The translations under genes and the position numbers were made by a program. From Callorhinchus milii (taxonomy: Eukaryota), in assembly GCF_018977255.1 (NCBI RefSeq), contig NW_024704742.1:27654001-27718000 (forward strand): a stretch of DNA of 64,000 nt, read 5' to 3'. Below, piece after piece: positions 27,101 to 41,645 of the stretch (its first letter is position 1; each line of letters opens with the position of its first letter). The notes beneath the pieces are model-generated. The model was not told the origin of the DNA. It saw nothing but the letters and a program-made list of their open reading frames with translations, and ran no database searches.

Positions 27101-29587
27101 ATACTCCCTCCCATTGGATTTTCCCCTATAATCCACGTTTTGTCCACAGCTTTTCTAGCCACTTTCTATCGTTGGTCACACATGTCATATGATGCAGCAC
27201 TGTTTTTTCTCTGGTGTGTCCTCTACTTTGGACAAAACATCTAATGGCCCCAATCTTATCCACCGCACTAGCCTGTGCTTGTCCCCACCTCTCTCCGTGT
27301 CACCACAGCCTTTGGTTTTACACTAATGGTGAAGTCTGTAAATGGTTCCCTTGGGGGAGTGAAGGGGGAAATTGTTCCATTCGTTGCATTTTCTGCCAAA
27401 CGAGGGCAGATCATGCCACACAGCAGCTGCACGTTGCCATCCTGGGATGAAAGCCAAAGATGACAAGCAGATGAATAGAGCAAGCCATTTATAATCGTTT
27501 GTTTAAAAATACTGCAATTCTGAGCTGCTTAATTGAAATGGATGTTGATATCATGAAGCACCATATAATAGAAATAATGAAGTGAAAGGGGCTTGAAGAT
27601 TGAGAGTTACTATTAGTACGCTTTAAAAGTTAAGTGGGAAATTATCATTAATCTTCAACACCCTTTGTCTTTCTATTTCTGTTGATTTTAAAAATATATA
27701 GGTATATTTTGGATTAATGAGTGAATGCTGAAGCAGTCACTGGGGGAACCAGTTTGAAAGTAATGGAGAGCGTGGAAATGTATGGATCTTACTTAACGTC
27801 AGTTACTCATTTCCTGGCTGTTGGTGAGACCTCTCATTAACATGATAGGGTGCTCAAATGCAAGGAATATTATTATAACATTCATTCGGATACAGACACA
27901 ATCCTCAAGTTTTAACTCCAATTACTTTCCCCCCATTTTATCTCCCAATTTATTCCTTTTGGCCCTGGAAGTGATCAGCCAACAACAACTTACACTTAAA
28001 TCGTGACTTTCACATATAGTGAATGTGTCAAAGAGGTTAAGCAAACAACAAGTGTTGTCTGCCCTCTGAAACCTCGCCCATTCAACCAATGGGGTTGTTC
28101 TCAGGCTGAGTTTACCGTAGCTCGGTCAGGTGCTGACAGCCAATGCGTACATATGTGCTGATTGATTTGTTTCTCCCCCTATCTCAGCCCAGAGAGATTG
28201 ACAAAAGCTGCTGTGTCCAATTGGCTCCCGCATTTTGCTCAAAAATATAGTCAATTCACTTTACAGTCTATTCTGTGAAGTGCTTTGAGACGTCTAGAAG
28301 ATATGAAAAGCGCTATATCAAATGCAAGGTTTATTATTATTAACCAAAGCACAATTTTACGGTTCAAATCTGGACTCTTTCTGGTTCTGCATTGCTCAGC
28401 TTTGAATCCACCTGCTCACAGAGCCATGAGAGATGAACTCTTTGACCTACTTTTATTTTTTTTAAATTTTTTTTGTGTGATTTGCTGACGTTGCAAATTG
28501 TGCCAAAAATCATAATGCAAATATACACCTATTCTCACGCAGAGCTGGAGATTGAAAAACTTATTTTCCACACACAAGAGTATGGACTGTCAGGAGGAAA
28601 TCTGCCATGTGATTTTTATTGAGCCTTTGGATCAAATGACCATTCATCAGGGTTTGTAATGACGTATGTAACTCTGTGGTTTTGGTATACGGTGATTACT
28701 AGTGCAAAATGCAATGTTTTCACAGCTTTGAGAGTCTCTACTGTGAGATACAGACAAATTGACAATGAAAATTTTACTTGACATATGCGTTTGTGCCGCA
28801 CTCAGATGCAGCGCTGCACTGAGCAGGGCAGCTGATGGTGGTACCCAGTGAGAAACCTCACTCAGCATAAAGTGCTTAGTGCTGTCAACTGGGATAGCAA
28901 GGGAAATGTCACATACAGCGCTTAACCAGCTATCAGTATAAGGAGCACTATATATAAAAAATAAAATTTGTCGGGCTTGATGTTTATATCACTGGCCTCA
29001 ATACAAGAAAGACAAATTCTACTTCTCTAATGCATTGCATTATACATTTTCCACTTTCTTATTACAGAAATCCTTCCTGATCTTTTTCATTTCACTTAAG
29101 TATCTTCTGCCTTGTCCTTTAATCTGCAATTCACTCAGAATGTTATACATCCATAATATAATTGCATTGAGCATTTTCATAAATTAAAGTATAAGCTTGT
29201 GATTTTGTACGGGTGATCTTGAATATTAAAAGAGTTGCGGATAGAAACATTAGGAAAATTGCTCTGGGGACTCTCTCTGGGATTAGATAAGATTGGCTGA
29301 TTTGAACATTATTGAGGGAGGAGTTTTTAACATTGGGTACTCTAGAGATTTACCGAGGTTAGGGGCTAATAGGTTTGGGAACCATTAAGAATTTACAAAT
29401 TGGGTCAGAGGTTCACTCAATTAGTACCAAAGGTTAGTTGTGATATATTTGCAGGTGTCCGAGTCTGTACACATCATTTGAAAGCAACAATTACTTGAAA
29501 TTATGAGTATTGCCATTCCTTAGAGATTACGGTACAGATCCATAATCAACGCCTGGTCCACACACAAACTGACAGTAGCATTGGCTA

Positions 29588-29702
29588 ACTCTCTCTCCAT
29601 CTCCTCCCTGTTTCTCCATCTACTCTCTCTCTCTCTCTTTCCATTTCTTCGCTCTCTCCATCTCCCCTCTCTCTCACTCCATCTTCATTCTCTCTCACTC
29701 TC
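29588..29702. repeat. Imperfect (CT)n microsatellite
   Basis: Visible ct-rich run. Confidence 0.85.
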
Positions 29703-31799
29703 AAAAAAAAGTCTTCAAACAAAAATCATAATAATTTGGTCACTGAATCCATGACTGTTTGTAGGACATTGCTGTGCTTAATTTGCTACTCCGCTTCGCC
29801 CACAAAATATACAAGCAATTCACTTGACAGTGTTCTCCGTGATGCGCTTTGAGATGCCTCAACAATGTGAAAAGGCACGATATCAAATGTAAGGATTACT
29901 ATGAATGTTATATAGTATCTTTCATTTCAGGAGGATGTCTCAAAGTGCTTGCTGAACGGGCACCAAAGATGAGGATTGGAGCTGAGGTGGGGGTTAGGAA
30001 GGGAAAGATTACTTAAAATAGATTATGGCAGTTCAATTTCAATGCCCCCCCTCCCCCACCATTTTGCCATAACTTGTAACCTCCAAACATCCAAATATCC
30101 ATCCATCTCTCTTTTAAACATTCCTGAATTAGTATTTTACCTAAATATATCAAATGTTTTGGACTGAGTTTGTGACTCATTACTTGGAGCTGTGCAGTTT
30201 TTTTATTTTTTACTGAGTGTTTTGTATTCGAACACTGCAATAACTAAGGTTAGAACCATAGAGATGTACAGCACAGTTAGAGGCCATTCAGAATACTTTT
30301 TTCATGATGTTTCAACCTCCAAGAAGCTATGTATCCAAATCCCAGTTCCCTGTTCTTCCCCTATGTCCTGCAGTATCCTTCCTCTGCACGTGCTCGACTG
30401 AGGTTTTTTTACTGTGAACTAGTATGGATTAGTGAATGGCTGTCTGTGAGGAATGGTTGTGAATTAGTTTCTTCTTAGACCAAAAGATTATGTGAGGCAT
30501 GACCTGACTCAACCCAAAGTTGTAGACACCTAGAAGAATATTAACAATGCAAGTACCTGTACAGACAAGGGTTGATATTGCAAATTCCACTCTTACTGTA
30601 ACAAAACATATGAGGTAATACATTTTCCTGTAAATCACTTTTAAAAATTGCCTGATAGGTCTTTAAGTCAGTTGTCATAAATTCAATAAAACTTCATGTT
30701 CTGCGTGGCGAAATCAATATTCAGACTCCTCCCTCCCCCAACATCAGAAAAGAACATAGTGCTACAACAGTGCGCAAAAATACAATGTAATGGAGGATTA
30801 CACGACATCCCACTGACCTGGGAGTGTCACAGGCTGGTGCTATTGGGTCTCTACCTCAGTTGGCAGCACTCTGAATCAGAAAGTTGTGGGCTCAAGCCTG
30901 ACGTCAAGACTCCAAATTCATATAGTCTAGGCTGATGATCCAATGCAGTGCAGGTACCATCCTTCTAATGAGATATTAAAGTAAGGCTCGAGTCTGCCTG
31001 TTCAGCTGGACATCAAAGAAGATCCCTCATTTTAGGAAAAACTATAAATTAGATTTCTCTCTGCCCAAAATGTAAACGATTGCATTTCCCAGCAAATACT
31101 GTTGAGAAAATACTTTGTAGGTTAAAAAGTAAAAATATGCTGATTGTTGGTCAATGGGGTAGGGAATCCTTTAATGACTTTAAATAAATATTAGGAATAA
31201 GAATAATCCTTACATTTGGCATTATGCCTTCCATGTCAGGATGATGTCCTAAAGCACTTCACGGGATATACTGTAATATCTAGTGCTTTGTATTTTGTAG
31301 TTGAATGTGTCAACCAATTTGCACACAACAATGTCCCACAATCAGCTTTGAAGTGAATGGCATATTTTATTTGGGAGTATGTTGTCCAAGACACTGGGAG
31401 GAACTCCCTTTTCTTTTCAAATAGTGTCATGGGATCTTGAACAATAAGTTGAACAGACATTTCACTCCTTGAGTTTGGATTTGTTTTCTTTTAACATTTG
31501 TCTTGCTGGCCATGTTGTGAGAACATAGTTATGTCAACATGGATCGGAATACAATACAGGTTGTGGGTAAGCAGAAGCATCACTGGGACAGGATATAATT
31601 TACAAGTATAAGAGACAACTCATAATCCTGAAAAACATCCTCCTTCATTTTCACATGATTAGGGAGACAAAACTCAAATAGTAGTCATTTCTCATTCTCT
31701 TTATTCTACTTTGTATAGTCGTGCTACACAAGACTGATGTGTTAAAAAGGCAATGCTGCTATGAATAGGATTGTGAGTTGTGCAGAATTACATAAGGAC

Positions 31800-32117
31800 A
31801 TACCATCCTTCAAATGAGATGTTAAACCAAAGTCCCGTCTGCTTGTTCAGGTGGAAGCTAACAATCCCTGGTATTATTCGAAAAGAGAGGGGAGGAGTGT
31901 CTCCCGGGATCCTGGCCAACAATCCCCCAAATAAAATGATTTATTCACTTCACGGCTGTGACTGGGACATTGCTGTGTGCAAACTGGCTGCCGCACTAGC
32001 CTACACATCACACGGTCGCTAAACTTTATAGTATACCATGTGAAAGGCTTTGTGACATCCTCTCGATTTGAAAGACTATACTAGATGTAAGGATTATTAA
32101 GGATTATTATTATTATT
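31800..32117 (+). mobile_element. Deu-domain SINE 3' part
   Basis: gagatgttaaaccaaagtcccgtctgcttgttcaggtgga core and (tta)n tail. Confidence 0.75.
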
Positions 32118-34212
32118 CTAAAATACACATAAACACATGTTATGTGGAATACAAACTGGGCTGTCTCAAAATCTGCCTGGCCACATTGGAAGAGAATGTG
32201 GGGTCCATGTGATGGACATGTGACAGCTTCGTTCTTTCTTGTAGATTTACTGAACCATAGCAGCCGATTTGCTGGTACATAATGGTGGATGAATCTTTCA
32301 ACTTATTTACAATTCTAATTTCAGGTTCAGCTGCTCTTTCATTTCAGATATTAAAATGAAATTGTCTCTGAAAGGAAAAAAAACCATAATAACACTCTGT
32401 CATATATGATAACGAATAATACGTTAACCTCAGGACCAGTGTGGTGAGATTCCTAGCGTCAGAATAAATACATTCCTCAACATTTGAAGGTCATTGGTGA
32501 TGGATTTGTCCTCTGAAGCCACATGCTGGCTTCAAAAGGTTTCATGCCCGTGACAAGTGAGGAAAATTGAGTTAATTTGTGTATTACAGGTTTCGTTTCT
32601 ATCTAAACAATCATAAGAATTTTGGTTTGATATAGTGCCTTACACAATAGGAAGACGTCTCAATGCGCTTCACAGGACTTTTACCGTACGTGTTGTGACC
32701 AAATATTTTGTAGGCATTTATAGTCGGAATAAATTGGGTGATACCGTTCTGTTTTTTGTTAAAATTGGATGGATCCAAAAAGATTTGGTGTGTCTATGTT
32801 TAGGAAATAGGAAACCCTTACTTTTATTGAAAGCTTTCAAACTTGTTCCTACTTTGTTTTTATTTGTATATGAGGCAGATTAAGGTTTAGTTTGTTGGTT
32901 CTCCATTTCCTCAGCAGATCAAGTTCAAGGATATTGTTCTTACTTTTAAACTCTGCTACCTCCTGAGGTCTTACTAATGTGGCCTCTCCCTCCTCTCAGC
33001 AATTATTGACCTGCTTTGTGTTCCTCACCCAATCTGCCCCACAAACAGTGAACCTTCAACAACAACATCTTGTTCAGCCGTTCTGTCCCCATTCTCTGGA
33101 ACTTCATCTGGAATAATTTATGTGATATTAGTTAGATTGGAGCTGCTGTAATTCCACAGGTACAAAATGGCAACTGCAGAGAGCACAAATCTCCAGCAGC
33201 TTTCAGGTACACAGACCAGGATAATCTGTCAGAGATTCTGGAACACTGGTTACATGTGGAGACACAAGCACCGATATCCTTCCACGAATGTATCAGGTAA
33301 CAGCTGTCCCCACTCAGTTTCCTAACCTAACCTCATGTCTCACCCAGGTTGGCAGGGATATAAATGTGTCACTGGTACAGTCAGCATAATTCGGAACAAG
33401 GTACACAATGATATCAACCATTGACCTGTTTGATACAATGATATACTTGACATCAAATAATAGGTAAATTTCACTCTCTATGTCTGTGCTAGTATGAGCT
33501 CCCACACTGGAGCTCTCTGCTTAAGACCATTCCCTGCTATTTCCCTATCCCTTTAATGTTCTGGTTCCTCTCGTATTTATCCATTTCCTTTTTTAAATGC
33601 CGTTACAAACTCATCTTCAACAGTTGTTTCTGATGCCAAAAAAACTGTGTAAAAAAAAAAAAAGCCTCTTCTTGACAGATGCAGAATGATCTTGAAAAGA
33701 GGTCGATGGAGGTAAAGAAGAAATGTGTTTGTTGGTGGTTGCAGGATATTGGGAAGCTGATGTAATGAGATATTTTGCTGAGCAAAGCAACAGTGACTTG
33801 AGAAATGTCGAGGACTAATATTGATGATTACTCTGGTCAGAGTCTGAAAGGTACACATGGCAGCAAAGCTGAATGTAACGTTCTCTTTCATCATTCTAAA
33901 TAACAAAGCAACAGTGCTGTTATCTTTACATTTCCAGTCATCTTTTAACTATGTAGAATTGCAATAATATGACATGGAAACAGGCCTTTTGGCTCAAGTA
34001 GTCTATGTCGTTGTTTATATTCCGCCTGAGCCTCCACTCCTCCAAACACTCTCTCCTTTACCCCTCTATTCAAATTCTCCCTCACATACGCATCAAGTTT
34101 CTCTTTAAATATGTTGATGTTTTTTGCTTATACAATGTTGCTTTCAGCAGTTAGTTCCAAATTCTCATCAATCTCTACATGAAGAGGTTCCTCCTTATTT
34201 CACAATCTGCTG

Positions 34213-34752
34213 AAATCCTTGTCCACGCCTTTATCACTTGGCTCAACTAAAACACCCTCCTCGCCAGTCTCCTCTCCTCCACTATTCACTATTCTGCTGC
34301 CCGTACTCTCACCCGCACTAAACTCCGCAGCCCGATTACTCCAGTCCTTGCCAAACTTCACTGACTCCCTGTCACAGAGCAGATCGACTTCAAGATCCTC
34401 ACCACTCCATGTCTTGGCACCCACCTATCTCCAACCTCCTCTCTCCCCACAGCACTACCTGCTGCCTCTGCTCTACTGGCTCCGGCCTCCTCCTTGTCCC
34501 TCGAATCCTCTGATCCACGAACAGCGGCCATACCTTCAGTCATTACACCCCGAAGCAGTGGAACTCCCTCCCTCAACCCCTTTGCCTTGCCCCCTCTTTC
34601 CCCATTTTCAGGTTGCTCCTGAAGACTTACCTCTTCGACCATGCCCATGGTCACCTTCCCCCTCCCCCGGGCTCAGTGTCGGGTGCCGCCATTGTTAAGT
34701 GCCCTGGGATGCCGCCCAGTATGGAGGGCTCTATATAAATGCAAGCTGTTGA
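34213..34752 (+). mobile_element. L2 3' fragment nested in a decayed CR1
   Basis: Same L2 3' architecture as the other copies; ends gctctatataaatgcaagctgttg. Confidence 0.8.
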
Positions 34753-37700
34753 TCTGCTACTGACTGTCCTATTCTTACACCCCCTCATTTTGGACAAGTG
34801 GAATTAGCCTACCAACATCCGCCTAATCAGCAGACGGTATATAAATTCCAGAATATTGGATTGTGTATACTATTTGCTGAGTAAATCAAAATCTCCAAAG
34901 ACAGTGGCTGTTAGCCTGATCATTAATCTAAAATTTGGAAGAACGAATCCCACTCTTGCATTTTCACTGTTAATGGCTGGGATCTATCTTGAAACTGGAA
35001 ACATAAATAGCCATGTTTAGGACAGAAGGGGGCCATTTAGAACAAAACATTAAGATCAGCAGCCATTTCCTATCCTGCCACTTTACTCACTCCATGCGTT
35101 GCCTTTAAGACTGACCCATTCACATTGCAATTTTTATATTTATTTTACATTTGAATGATGTTTCATTTTGGGAGGATGTCTCGGAATAGCTTGCACAGCT
35201 GGCTGAGCACTTGAGCTGGGGGTGGGAGCTGAAGTGGAGAGAGGAGGTGGGGGGGGAATGATGACCCAAAGCACAGTCAAATGCGTGGGGAGGTGGTGAG
35301 TTGGATGGACTTGGGGACATAGTTCCAGAGAATGGGGGCAGAATGTCTGAAGGCTCGCCTGCCAATGGTTGGGGGATACGTTGGGGAATATGAAGCAGGC
35401 CAGTTTAAAATATTGTTTTGGAGAATCAGATTGTTAGTTGTGCAAAATTTCATATGATACACATTAAGATATGTGGAATATGTCACCCATAGTAGATGCT
35501 TCAAAGCCCATTGAATTGTCTGGTCAAATTGGAAGAGAATGTAATGTGCAAGTTACTGAAACTCAGCTGATTCATGGGTGGGCGAATCTTGCAGCCTATT
35601 TACAATTATAATTTAGGTTCAGCTGCTCTTTCGTCTCAGATATTAAAATGAAAACAAGTCTCTGAAAGGAAAAAAATACATAATAACTCTGTCATGTATG
35701 ATAAAGAATAATATGTTAATATCTGAAGCGATTTAGACATTAACATAGTGTTTGGAGTGCTGAGAGGAAAATTAGACAATGGTGATGGGGAAGAAAGGTT
35801 AGTATAAGTTTAGCATACTGTAAGTAGGATTCCAGTTACACTTTTGCTCCAATAATTATGCAGCAATTTAAAACTATATAAGTTTAACAGGGGCTATGGA
35901 TTGACTGAAAGGTATTTTAAAGTGTATTAAATAATTGGAATTCGCCTGTAAAAAAAAAAAACAGGAACAGGAGGAGGCCACTCAGCCCATCGAGCCTGTG
36001 CCACCAGTTGATTAGATCTTGTCAGATCTTTTAATCCCAATGCACTTTCATCATAACCTTTATACTACTGCTATCCAAGTATCTGTCCATTTCTCTTTTA
36101 AACATTCCTATTGATTTCATCTCTGCAACTTTCTGGGGCGGAGAATTCCACATCTTCACAAACCTCTGTGTGAAGAAATGCTCAATGCCCTCAGTTTTAA
36201 TCATCCTGGTTGTTTTTAAGACTGAATCCCCTTATAATGGATCCCTCTCCCAAAGGGAAGAGTCATCCATTAACTAACCTGACAATTCCGTGCAATGAAT
36301 GCACATGTGGGTAAGAGGAAAAATGTAGAAAATAAATAGCAAGTGGTGGGTAGTTGTGTAACTTACATAGATTGTTGATTTCTGCAACAATCTTGAATTT
36401 TAAGATAATAATAGTAATAATAATAATCATTTTTGCATTTGATATAATGCCTTATCACGTTTCGAGACGTCTCAAATCGCTTCACAGGATACACTGTAAA
36501 GTGAATTGACTGTGTATTTGTGGGCGAAACATGGAAGCCAGTTGATCATCTGAAATCAATGCAAAAAACAGCCACCCCAGGGAGACAATAACTTCCCTGG
36601 TCCTATTAGCAAATGCATGGATAAAATACTTGTGGCCCAACTAATGGTATTCAAACCCAGATGACTAAAGGCAAGATTTATTTGAGGCTCATAGCCTCAT
36701 GGTGCCATTCTCTAACATTGTGATTCTTCAGCTTGTGGAGATGGCATTCAACTCATTGGTGATATCCGCCCTGCTATTTTGACATGTATCACATAGAGAT
36801 GGATTGGTGTTTTCCTGAAGCCTTACCGGGCAGCATATCCTGAACAATAAAAGGACACATCTAGTGTACGGGCTATATTTCTTGAAGTGTAATGCACACC
36901 TTTCCAGGAGCACATTTGGATTGCTGGGTCAATTGTGTGTGATAAGGTCAGGCTGATTTTCTGCACATTGAGATCCTGAACAGTGATTATCCCGGTTCAG
37001 CTCTGGTGGGTGTGTTCATTTCATGAAAGGCGGGTATCTCTCCACCACTGGCTGGAAACTATTCCCCGGGTGTGTGTTTGGCAGCCATGCAGTTTGCACG
37101 AGTAATTTCTTTGATACTTTTTCTAACTGGCGACACCCGGGACACACTTAAAATGGTAATAGCATGAAATAAATCTGTTGAAAGGATAAAGGTTATAACC
37201 CACTCTGTGAATTCATCATTGAATTATAACCCTGTAAATTTATCCTGCATAGTTATTATTATACGGGTTCCCAAAGAGACTGTGCTGTTGACACAAATAA
37301 GCAGTATTTGGATGAAAGGAGATTATCATTATTCATTAAATGGCTGTGAAACTCTTCTTTTGCTGTTGTAGTTGCTGCATATTAATAATGGGTCAATAAA
37401 TAGGGAATCAATTTCGTAGTAAGTAAATCACAGAGTAATCTACATAAATGGCTCCACATAAATTACAAATGTATTTATGCATACTCCTGTCCAAGCTGAA
37501 AAATTTCTGTGCTTGGCATCCCTCTCTGCCTGTTAGGGTAAAAGTTATTCATTTTGATTTTAACTCCTCTTGTGCCGTAGGCAACTTCACTTGCCTAATT
37601 AAAATGGGAAATGTGAGTGAACAGCGCAGAGTAAAGTTAAAAGGTTGTGGTTCACAGGTGACTCACTGGAGCTCTGGTGAACAGTACCCTAGCCTGGTTG

Positions 37701-38386
37701 TCACTACTGAGCTCACACTGCAAGCTACATTGCTACAGGGAGTTATTGACTGAAAACCAATGTTTCTTCTCCTTTAGCTTCTTATTAAAATGCATCATTG
37801 TCTGCTGAATAGTTTGCCTGTCGTGCTGCTGCTCTGTCATCAGTTGTTGTAGACATAGGGGCAGTGTATTCACAGGCATCAATTCTAATATCGCCTACAA
37901 GTATGCACAGCACGCCTTATTGCCATGTAGATTGATCTCATTTACACTCCTCTCAGTATTGAATTGGTGGATACACATGGGCAACAATGTAACTTTTACT
38001 CAAAAAGAAATACCAAAAACTTACTGTGGAATAAAGTATATTGTCAGCAATTATATAATAATTATATAATAATGAATTATATAATAATAATGAATTATAT
38101 TATATTATATTATTATATAATAATGAAAGTATATTGTCAGCAATTGTACAATATGGGATTGAATCTGTGAGTTGCATTAGCAAACCATGTGCAAATTTTG
38201 CAGGCTGGGCTAACCATATGCAAGTGCAGGAATTGCAGGCAATTGTAACTCTGTAAGCAACCACCAAAGGAAAAGATTCCAGGTAATTCTGTAATTCTTG
38301 CATTACACAATGCAGGGTGTATTCGTTTGTACATTGGTAACCAGGTTGCAAATTTTGCACATGGATTGTTAGCCCAAGATGCAAAA

Positions 38387-38580
38387 TAATAATAATAATA
38401 ATAATCCTTGCATTTGATATAGTGCTTTCACATCTTCTAGACGTCTCAAAGCGCTTCACAGAATATACTGTAAATTGAATTGACTGTATATTTGTGGACG
38501 AAACACGGCAGCCAATTCTGCACATCAGTGTTGCATAAACAGTTGTGGATTGAAGTGACCAATTTATTATTGTTTTTTGG
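38387..38580 (-). mobile_element. SINE 3' half
   Basis: (aat)n ccttgcatttgatatagtgc..ttcacagaatatactgtaaa. Similar tails at ~16197, 19715, 28210, 29730, 36405, 39015 and 41090. Confidence 0.8.
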
Positions 38581-39177
38581 ATCCTTTCAATGGATCCTTT
38601 TTGCAAATAAAATAATAGAATTCATATTTTTGATAGTCAACGTAGGGTCACTAGGTTACCTGGACTCCTGTTTGCACATTTGGCCAAGAACCCTTTAGCA
38701 AGACGTAAACAATGAATCAGAGGATTTTAAGTGGTGCATTATTTCACTATTTCATACTATTCAGACATCTGAAAGCTGGACCAATTTGCAGTGCATTAAA
38801 GTCTGACCTTTGTGAGGAAACAGGCAAAATATGATGAAAGGAGATGTACTATTGTAGACATCAAAAATTTACATTCATATAGAGCATTTTGTGTCACGAG
38901 AATGTCTTAAACTGCATCACACAGCTGGCTGGGAGCCCAAACTGGGAGCTGGAAGACAGAACGGGACAGGGAGGGGAAAACAGTGACGTATTGTATGGAC
39001 TCTAAAGGTAAAACCCACAAAACATACAGTCAATTCATTTTACATTCATTTCTGTGAAGCGCTTTGAGACGTCTCAACGTGATAAGACGCTGTATCCAAT
39101 GCGAGGATTATTTATTATTGAAGCCGAATTCCCTTCTCTTTCTCATCTCCCTCCCTTATGTACATACACAAACAAAC

Positions 39178-39397
39178 AGGGGAGAAATTCCACCTGGGTT
39201 CAGATTTTCTCTGTTTATGTAGCATTTGGAATTTGCCAAATTATTGAATTTAGTCTTAACTTTGAAGTCAGCTTTCTTTTATTTTGAAGAAATCCGTCTT
39301 CAAAATTATGGCTGTGTTTACGAAATTGCCAAATTTTGGATCCTCTAAAATTGAAGATGAACAGAATAAATCTAGACACAGGTGGATTTTTACCTCT
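39178..39397. mobile_element. MITE-like fold-back element, copy 2
   Basis: ggggagaaattccacctgggttcagattt ... aaatctagacacaggtggatttttacctc. Confidence 0.7.
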
Positions 39398-40108
39398 CTA
39401 TATTGTCATAATCTCTCGTATGCCTGGACTGATTCCTGGGATTTGTATTCTGGCTGAATTATTAAAAAATGTAAATTGGTTAATAAAATAACAAATGAAA
39501 TTTCAGATGAGATGAGTATGTTTATCTCAATGGATAAGATATATAGATATCGTTATAAATGTTATATGAAATACCTACCATGATCCCAGTTATTGGAGGT
39601 ACTTGGCGAGTTAATTAAACTACAATGAAGAGTCAAATCTTCTGATAAACAAGTACTTGTTTTCTCCATCTACTTTCTCGGTCTCTCCTTGACATGCACC
39701 ATCCAACGACAAAGATGGCTGATGGGAAAACTTCTTCCAAGAAATTTCATCTATTTGTTCTTTTATTGCCTGTTTTATGCATTTGCATTTTTTTAATAAT
39801 TCAGTCAGAAAACACATCCCGCAGTGTATGTTTCGTCCTATATTCCAGGAATTGCATGGAGGCACAGAGGTGATTATTACATGTAGAAGCCTTCCTGTGA
39901 ACTAGAATTGCTCTCAAGAGATCATTTTTTCCCACTGTTGCTACAGGACTTAAAAAAGGTACGCTGGGAATGTGAAGAAGTAATTACTGTTTCACAACTA
40001 GATATGTATTCGCTGGCACCTTGGTTAACTATATCCTGTTCTAACCTTTTACACTTTCTACAGAAACTGGTTGGGGTCTGAAATATTCTGATGAGCTGAT
40101 ATTCTTAT

Positions 40109-40523
40109 GTGTCAACCTGGTTCAGTTGGTAGCACTACCGTTTCTGAGTTAGAAGGTTGTGGGCTCAAGCCCCATGTCAAGACTTGGAACTCACATAGTA
40201 TAAGATGGTGACCATATAGTGCCGTGCTGGGGGTGTGCTGTTTTGTTGGAGGTTTCATCCGCCGGTTAGAACGTTAAAAAATACTCTATCTGCCTTTTCT
40301 GATAGTTTCTCCCAGTGTCCCGGCCAACAATCCCTCAGCTAAAATAGCTAAGGGGTTGTTGGCCAGGACATAGGTGTTGGTTGCCCTTTGCTGTGCACAA
40401 ATTGGCTGCCGTGTTCACCCACAAAAATACAACCACTCCACTTTACAGTATATCCTATGAAGCACTTTGGGACATCCACCTGATGTGAAAGGCACAATAT
40501 TAAATGTAAAGATATTATTATTA
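40109..40523 (+). mobile_element. Family B SINE, near full length
   Basis: gtcaacctggttcagttggtagcact head, decayed Deu core and L2-like tail. Confidence 0.75.
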
Positions 40524-40559
40524 TGAGATTATATCATCCTCAATGACATGTGGGACACA

Positions 40560-41053
40560 AAGAGAAAGATTCCAAACGACACTTTGAGAATATAGGTAGA
40601 AATTGTGATGTTTCTTAACCCATTCCTTGTGTTAATTCGACCAAGGAACAGGTTTAAGAAAACATTACAAATTATATCCTACAGAATGTTCCATCCAAAA
40701 ATCCTGAAAGGCCATTGTATCCTGAACATTTTTGTTGGGTCTGTCTGGGCGTTTGTTCATTCATTTATTGTTGGTGACGTTATTGAGGTATGTCTCCACA
40801 CTCAGTGCCATTGGATATGGACCCTGGAATAGTTTCCACATTGAGTCATCCATGGTTTCTGTAGGGTTGCACAGGCATAGGTCACCTCCAAACCTAACAG
40901 CAAGGCTGAGATTGGGAAGAATACCATCTGCATAAATGCCCAAATCTTACAGGGGAATAGTAAATCCATTATGGTTTCCTCTTGGACAGTACACAAATCA
41001 CATTGGATCTCACTGGTGAAACAGATCTGAAGGAAATTTTGCAAGACCAGCAT
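40560..41053 (-). mobile_element. Decayed L1/Tx1-like LINE C-terminal fragment
   Basis: CDLCTVQEETIMDLLFPC resembles the CxxC..ETxxHL..C zf-RVT motif with the His lost. Confidence 0.5.
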
Positions 41054-41574
41054 AAATGTGTCTTACATTAATAATCTCTTCAAAAAAAAATAATAATTTG
41101 GTCACTCAATCCACAACTGTTTGTAGGACACTGCTGTGCTGCTGCCACGCTTTACTCGCAAAATACAGTCAATTCACTTTACAGTATATTCTGTGAAGCA
41201 TTTGAGACTCTTGAAGACATAGGGTGCTATATCAAATGCAAGGAATATTATTACATTGGGCTCGTTTTTTTGTCTTTAATTTTGTGGTGGCGTTCCGACC
41301 ATGAATGGGGCACCACTTCCTGGTGTTCCTTCACAAACTTCTTACAAAAGGAACATAATCTCATGTGTTGTACTCCGCTGATTACCTCATTTCACTTAAG
41401 GTGCTTTTCAAGACTTACCTGTTTTAGGTTGTCTTTCCCCTCTGTACTCCGCTCGGCTTGCAACTAGTACTGGGTGTCCAGCCGATACCGTTAAGTGCTT
41501 TGGGATGCCCTCTTGACGTGAAAAGCACTTTCTAAATGTAAATTTGCATTGTTTTGTCAATTGCAATACAGAAA

Positions 41575-41645
41575 TGACACACACATATATACCCACACAA
41601 AGCCAAACACATACACATATGCCTACACATATACCCACACACATA
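41575..41645. repeat. Imperfect (CA)n microsatellite
   Basis: Visible ca/cata run. Confidence 0.8.

Noticed and set aside
28801..28823. Imperfect palindrome ctcagatgcagcgctgcactgag
   Set aside because: A single short instance with no supporting context.
33679..33711. 33-nt AG..GTAAAG-flanked candidate micro-exon
   Set aside because: Poor pyrimidine tract, lies inside a U12 intron, and DIAPH homology leaves no gap for it.
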